Assembly: GCA_032185465.1 (NCBI GenBank)
Contig: GCA_032185465.1_4549.1
Direction: 5' to 3' (one strand)
Origin: a phage
DNA length: 40,535 bases
In this document: positions 36,085 through 40,535 of the stretch, piece by piece
Position numbering within the stretch: the first letter of the stretch is position 1
Layout of the letters: each line of letters opens with the position of its first letter
Translations under genes and position numbers: made by a program
The notes under the pieces: generated by a model
What the model was told of the DNA's origin: nothing
What the model saw: the letters and a program-made list of their open reading frames with translations, nothing else
The model's database searches: none

Positions 36085-36639
36085 TTAGCTATGACCTGTA
36101 GGTGTACCTTTAGCAGCACTAATTGGTGCAGCACCGCCAGAGCTGGACGCTCCAGAGATTGACTTACCAGCGGCGTAACCTTGCATCCCGGCGGTAGCAA
36201 CATTAAGTGCATGAGCCAGTGGGCTGGTCTTGATGATTTTACCCTGACCACGGATAGCAGACTTGGTGTTCTCAATGTTGGCGATACGGTTCCCGAAGAT
36301 AGCCGCATAGTCACGGTTGTAGCTTTCGGTAATCCCGGCTCTCTCCTTGACTGTGTCTCCCGCGACTTGACGTTCAATCCTGTCAATAGAGTTACCTTCC
36401 AGACCGGACTCAGCCACCGCAGCTCGGACCATACCCTGATTGCGGATACCGTTGAGCGTGGTCTCTGTCAGTTCAGCCATCTGCTGCTCCTTCAGGTCGC
36501 GCTCCTGCATCTTCAGGTTGGCGTCAGAGTAGTTCATCTGCTTAACCATTTCCTGAGACTGTCGGTTCTGAGCGTCAATTGCTGCACCTTCAGCCTTGGC
36601 CTGTTGGGATGCGGACATAGTGGCACCAGCTACAGACAT
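36085..36639 (-). CDS. internal virion protein B, gp14-like
   Basis: 184 aa; SYNRDYAAIF and C-terminal AAKGTPTGHS match recalled T7 gp14. Confidence 0.85.
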   Translation of the reverse strand: MSVAGATMSASQQAKAEGAAIDAQNRQSQEMVKQMNYSDANLKMQERDLKEQQMAELTETTLNGIRNQGMVRAAVAESGLEGNSIDRIERQVAGDTVKERAGITESYNRDYAAIFGNRIANIENTKSAIRGQGKIIKTSPLAHALNVATAGMQGYAAGKSISGASSSGGAAPISAAKGTPTGHS

Positions 36640-36675
36640 AATACCTAAACCGATTGAAATTGGTTCGCAAATTTC

Positions 36676-37062
36676 CTAATCCCCCTTCCGGCTTGTAGCC
36701 AGATACTCAGCAGCCTTACCATCGAAATCTTCGCATGTAGAGTGGTAGTTTCTACGGGTCAGCTTTAGGTTGCAGGTATGACATAGGATTCCTCGGACTT
36801 TCCCGGAGGTGTGACAGTGGTCAACGCATAATCCTCGGCTAGTTCCTAATGTCTTGCAGATTGCGCAGACCCCGCCCTGCTCTTTTAGGATGGAATCATA
36901 TTCTATCTGCGTAATGTGATACTTCTCGTATCCCTTGTTCTTGTGGCTCCGTCCATTATGACACAGCTTACAGGCAGAGCGTACACCACACTTAGAGTCT
37001 TTCCGTGGAGAGAACGCTTCTAGTGGCTTTTCAATTTTACAGACGGTACAGACCTTAGTCAC
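36676..37062 (-). CDS. endonuclease VII-type (HNH-like) nuclease inserted between gp13 and gp14
   Basis: [36 protein letters not shown] resembles the T4 endonuclease VII core. No ATG in the ORF; likely GTG 37062 overlapping the upstream stop (GTGA) with AAGGAGGA 5 nt upstream. Track start is GTG 37125. Confidence 0.75.
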   Translation of the reverse strand: MTKVCTVCKIEKPLEAFSPRKDSKCGVRSACKLCHNGRSHKNKGYEKYHITQIEYDSILKEQGGVCAICKTLGTSRGLCVDHCHTSGKVRGILCHTCNLKLTRRNYHSTCEDFDGKAAEYLATSRKGD

Positions 37063-37520
37063 GTGTCCTCCTTGGTGATTGTGAATAGAATGAATACTTC
37101 TCCAGTCACTGGACTTCTGGTCCACTTATCGTCGTGGAACTTAGCGCCTATTGACTTGAGAAACCGGATGTGAGACGTATTTCCTTCCCAGACGTAGTTC
37201 CATAGTACCGGATAGTCCTCCAGCATCTTGTCACGATACTCCATGATTCTCTCACGGAACTCTCGCTTACCTTTAGGCTGGAGACGCTCTGTCATTCTGG
37301 TAGTCAGGAACCAAACGTTGTCACCGTGGTTGCCACCATAGGCATATATCTCTCCAAGAGCGTTAGTCAAAACCACAGATGAAGACGTTAGGTGTGCTTG
37401 TAACCTTTCAGTGAGACCTTCAAGGGTCCCATAGTTGGCTTTACACTCCTCTAAGTCGTCATCTGTAAGTTGTGCAGCAGCGTACCAAACGTCTACATCT
37501 GTAGCCTTGCGAATATACAT
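37059..37520 (-). CDS. hypothetical protein in the gene 13 position (possible internal virion/assembly protein)
   Basis: 153 aa, ATG with AAGGAG upstream, directly after the phi13-like promoter. Assignment is positional only. Confidence 0.5.
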   Translation of the reverse strand: MYIRKATDVDVWYAAAQLTDDDLEECKANYGTLEGLTERLQAHLTSSSVVLTNALGEIYAYGGNHGDNVWFLTTRMTERLQPKGKREFRERIMEYRDKMLEDYPVLWNYVWEGNTSHIRFLKSIGAKFHDDKWTRSPVTGEVFILFTITKEDT

Positions 37521-37549
37521 AAAGTCTCCTTATAACCTTAAGGGCCTAT

Positions 37550-37572
37550 AGTCCCTATAGTGATAGTTAAGG
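37550..37572 (-). promoter_or_regulatory. phage RNAP promoter (phi13-like): CCTTAACTATCACTATAGGGACT
   Basis: Consensus match between gp12 stop and the next gene; flanked by a perfect 12-bp inverted repeat. Confidence 0.85.
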
Positions 37573-37596
37573 TAAATCTATAGGCCCTTCAATAAG

Positions 37597-39954
37597 TTAG
37601 ACTGAACGAGCTTTCTTAGCGTATGACGCCTCCCAGCCACAGCCAACGATGGACACTGGGGTAGGATAATCTGACTCTAAGGTTAGACTCGTGGTTAATG
37701 CGTTACCATTCATAGCGAAGCGATACTGCCCGTCACCAATGTTAGTAGTCCCTATGGCTTGCTGACCAAGGGTGTACCCATTAAAGGTGTTAACGAACTC
37801 TCGCTCACCGTTTCTGACAATGAGTCTCAGAGCGCCAGTGTCCTTGTAGTTGACCCAAGCCCGACGAAGCTGTAGACGACCAGTGTCTTCAGACTGAGTG
37901 CCACTATCATCTTCAATCTTAATCAGGAACCGTGAGAACTTGTAGGACATCAGATAGGTCCGCCCGATGAACACTGTACGTCCTGACCAATCGCCGTTGA
38001 GGGTAATCACAGTAGAGATACTGGTCAAGTCCCCAAGGTCCAAATAAGCACCCTGACTGTCAATCAGATAGTACCGACCGGGAGACGGAGCATTACCACC
38101 ATAAGCAGAACCAATGTCAACCGTAGTCTTATAGGTGTCAGCGTTGTATGAGCCAATTGGTATTACCATAGACACCTTGGAGTCAACGTGGAGTCTATAT
38201 GGCTCTAACGGAAAGTCAGTTGCCTCCTTGATGAACTTAAGGTGCTCAAGGTCCACGCCGCCTTGGTGCTGACGAACAATGAACATGGTAGAGCCAATCG
38301 ACGCAGACGCCAGAATCTTATCAGCTTTAGGGAACTCCCAGTGCGACCAAGAGGCTTGAAGCTGTACGCCGTCCTTAAACAAGAACTTGTAGAGGTAGAT
38401 TCGGTTGTATGCACCTGTAGAGTTGACGCAGATGTAGTTCTCAGTCCCTGTCCCCTGAATGTCAAACACCCCGTTAGGGATGTAGGACAATACGTGACCG
38501 GTTGTATCATCAGCATCCTTCACATCAGACACATCAGCTACAGCGAAGTATCGCTTAATGCTGGTGAATGACCCACGAGGAGCTGAGAAGAAGACTGAGC
38601 GTCCTACAGCGAACGGTCTGGCATTATCTCCTAAAGCAAACTCTGAGCCTACATCAAGCTGGATAGACTTCGAGGTAAGGACCCCAGAGCTTGTCATCAC
38701 GAACTGCACCTCATCCGACCAAAGTAGTAGCTGCTCGCTAAACGGAACGGCATACTTAAGGATTGAGATTCGAGGGTGACTTACAGCTACATCAATAGGA
38801 TCAGCATCACTCAGTGTCGCCACACTCTTAGGGAAGAACGCAAAGTAGCTGGCTGAACGGCTCATGATTACGTTCTCACCCGACAAGAACCCTAGCCTGT
38901 TCCTGTAGAAGAACACATCATTAATCGCAGCATCCACGAAGCTAGGCATAGGGTTTGTGTCATCGTTACCAGCACCACGCTTGGACCAATCCAGAGTCTT
39001 GAACTCAAAGGAGCCGTCAGACTGTCTTACCAGAGCATGTGGCATTGTGGTGTTGTCGAACCCAGTGACAACTCCCGGCTCAACTGTCTCCTTCCACGTC
39101 TTAGTGTTGGAGTCATACATCACGTAGTATTCATCGGCGCTACTGTTTGTTTCACCTTGAATCTTAATGATATACCCATTAGGAGCGGCAAGAGGTAGTT
39201 TAGAGATTGTCTGCACAGTGTCTAGGACTGGGCTTATTAGCTGGTTAGCGTAGCCATCCTCCGTCTCCACTGAGTTAATGTCGGTCCCTGAAGGAGCTGT
39301 GATTAGCAGGAAGCCAGACCCAAGGTCAAACGTGAAGGTAGGGTAAGCAGCAACAAGAAGGACTCTCAGAGCTGCCCCAATGGCTTGAGCGTCCACCTTA
39401 GGTGGGTCATTCTCGGCATCATTACCTGCTGGTAGCTTATGCGAGACCTTAACGCCACCGTTGATTCCCACTTTAAGGGTTCGACCATACTGCCCACCAC
39501 GCAGGTTAATTAAAGCTCGTGCTTTGCGGTTATAACCAGAGTGTGACTTCTCGCTTCCACCTTTGACGACAACCTTACGGTTAACGACGAACGTATAGTC
39601 TGCCACGGTAACGACACGGATGTCATCTCGTGGGTTGGAGGACTTAACGTAGTCTACCGCACCGGACACTGAGTATTGATTACCGCTCAAGTCAACTACC
39701 TGAATGTTGGACCCATTGAACACTATATAGTACTGCTCCTGCTCGTCACGATTAATCAGGTGGAACTTAGGGTTGCTCCCAACGTCGATGTTAAGACGTC
39801 GCTTGAAGACTGTAGGTGGACGCTTCTGGAGGCCATCACTCTCTGATGACCAGCAGTTAACCTGTGACTCGCCTTGGTCTGAGAACCTCAGTATGTCAGG
39901 CTGTTGGCTAATGCCACCCTTAAGGTTCTTGATTGATTGAGTAATTAGTGGCAT
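37597..39954 (-). CDS. tail tubular protein B, gp12-like
   Basis: 785 aa; N-terminus SIKNLKGGISQQPDILR and many blocks (NRLGFLSGEN, PIDVAVS, LKYAVPFSEQLL, RAWVNY, IVGCGWE) colinear with T7 gp12. Confidence 0.97.
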   Translation of the reverse strand: MPLITQSIKNLKGGISQQPDILRFSDQGESQVNCWSSESDGLQKRPPTVFKRRLNIDVGSNPKFHLINRDEQEQYYIVFNGSNIQVVDLSGNQYSVSGAVDYVKSSNPRDDIRVVTVADYTFVVNRKVVVKGGSEKSHSGYNRKARALINLRGGQYGRTLKVGINGGVKVSHKLPAGNDAENDPPKVDAQAIGAALRVLLVAAYPTFTFDLGSGFLLITAPSGTDINSVETEDGYANQLISPVLDTVQTISKLPLAAPNGYIIKIQGETNSSADEYYVMYDSNTKTWKETVEPGVVTGFDNTTMPHALVRQSDGSFEFKTLDWSKRGAGNDDTNPMPSFVDAAINDVFFYRNRLGFLSGENVIMSRSASYFAFFPKSVATLSDADPIDVAVSHPRISILKYAVPFSEQLLLWSDEVQFVMTSSGVLTSKSIQLDVGSEFALGDNARPFAVGRSVFFSAPRGSFTSIKRYFAVADVSDVKDADDTTGHVLSYIPNGVFDIQGTGTENYICVNSTGAYNRIYLYKFLFKDGVQLQASWSHWEFPKADKILASASIGSTMFIVRQHQGGVDLEHLKFIKEATDFPLEPYRLHVDSKVSMVIPIGSYNADTYKTTVDIGSAYGGNAPSPGRYYLIDSQGAYLDLGDLTSISTVITLNGDWSGRTVFIGRTYLMSYKFSRFLIKIEDDSGTQSEDTGRLQLRRAWVNYKDTGALRLIVRNGEREFVNTFNGYTLGQQAIGTTNIGDGQYRFAMNGNALTTSLTLESDYPTPVSIVGCGWEASYAKKARSV

Positions 39955-40520
39955 TAGTCTCTCCCAATGTCGGACATCATGTTGTAGCGACCAGTATCCA
40001 TCTCGTATTCCATGACCTGCTGATAGAGTTCTGCTTCCTGCTCACGAAGGTACAGTTCAGACTCTGGGCTACCGAAGAACTTAGCGTTGAACTCACGGCT
40101 AGCTTTAGTGACGATGTAGTCCCTGAAGACCACAGGCATCTCTGAGAATGGCTTCATCTCCACAAGCTCTACCGTGATAGGGTCGGTGAAAGTGGTCGAC
40201 TGAGTGGACAGGTCGTACAGGTATCCACCCATGTTGCTGTAGTAGCTGGTGGCCCCAGCGGTCATTACACGAAGGTATGACGGCAAGAATCGAATCCTAT
40301 TGTCTTGGACATCAGGTGTCAGGACAGCAGCTTCGTTGATGTTAAAGTTCCAGCCTTTAGCTTGGACCTGACGATTGACACGATGCAGGATACGTTGAGC
40401 GTTCGAGACGTCAGCGTTCCCCTCGTCAAGCTGTAGGACTGCTGGTTCACCTATAGCAGCTAACATATCGTTGATGGCATCTAAGTCATCGTTAGCGTTC
40501 AGTGGAATGTATTGAGCCAT
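39954..40520 (-). CDS. tail tubular protein A, gp11-like
   Basis: 188 aa; AINDMLAAIGEPAV, ILHRVNRQVQAKGWNFN, FRDYIVTKASREFNAKFFG, MEYEMD colinear with T7 gp11. AAGGAGG upstream near the window end. Confidence 0.95.
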   Translation of the reverse strand: MAQYIPLNANDDLDAINDMLAAIGEPAVLQLDEGNADVSNAQRILHRVNRQVQAKGWNFNINEAAVLTPDVQDNRIRFLPSYLRVMTAGATSYYSNMGGYLYDLSTQSTTFTDPITVELVEMKPFSEMPVVFRDYIVTKASREFNAKFFGSPESELYLREQEAELYQQVMEYEMDTGRYNMMSDIGRD

Positions 40521-40535
40521 AGGCCCTCCTTAAGC

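Overview
This window is essentially a complete T7-like lytic podophage genome (Autographiviridae, T7/T3 type), about 40.5 kb, shown reverse-complemented and circularly permuted. Every credible gene is on the minus strand; plus-strand ORFs in the track are antisense artefacts. Reading the minus strand from 40535 downward: tail tubular proteins gp11/gp12, internal virion proteins gp13-gp16, tailspike gp17, holin, small terminase, Rz/Rz1 spanins, large terminase, then the genome ends (terminal repeat candidate about 22650-22867, 15-bp tandem array 22555-22645), host sigma70-type early promoters, an ocr-like anti-restriction gene, small early ORFs, T7-type RNA polymerase, ligase, nucleotide kinase, gp2, SSB, endonuclease I, amidase, primase-helicase, DNA polymerase, exonuclease, portal, scaffold, major capsid, and a T-phi-like terminator at 1-40. 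About ten copies of one phage promoter (consensus CTAAACTATCACTATAGGGAGA on the minus strand) drive the genes. Main non-core content: a DNA polymerase gene split by an HNH-encoding insertion (probable group I intron), three further free-standing homing-endonuclease genes, a tRNA-like element in the primase leader, a 163-aa unknown gene between endonuclease I and amidase, an extended Ocr homolog, and a tailspike with an enzymatic domain plus self-cleaving C-terminal chaperone. No integrase, repressor or CRISPR array is present. Protein identities rest on recalled T7 sequences and gene order, not on a database search. Non-CDS coordinates were read by eye and may be off by 1-2 nt. Several ORF-track starts are GTG/TTG and were trimmed to ATG codons with a Shine-Dalgarno motif where noted.
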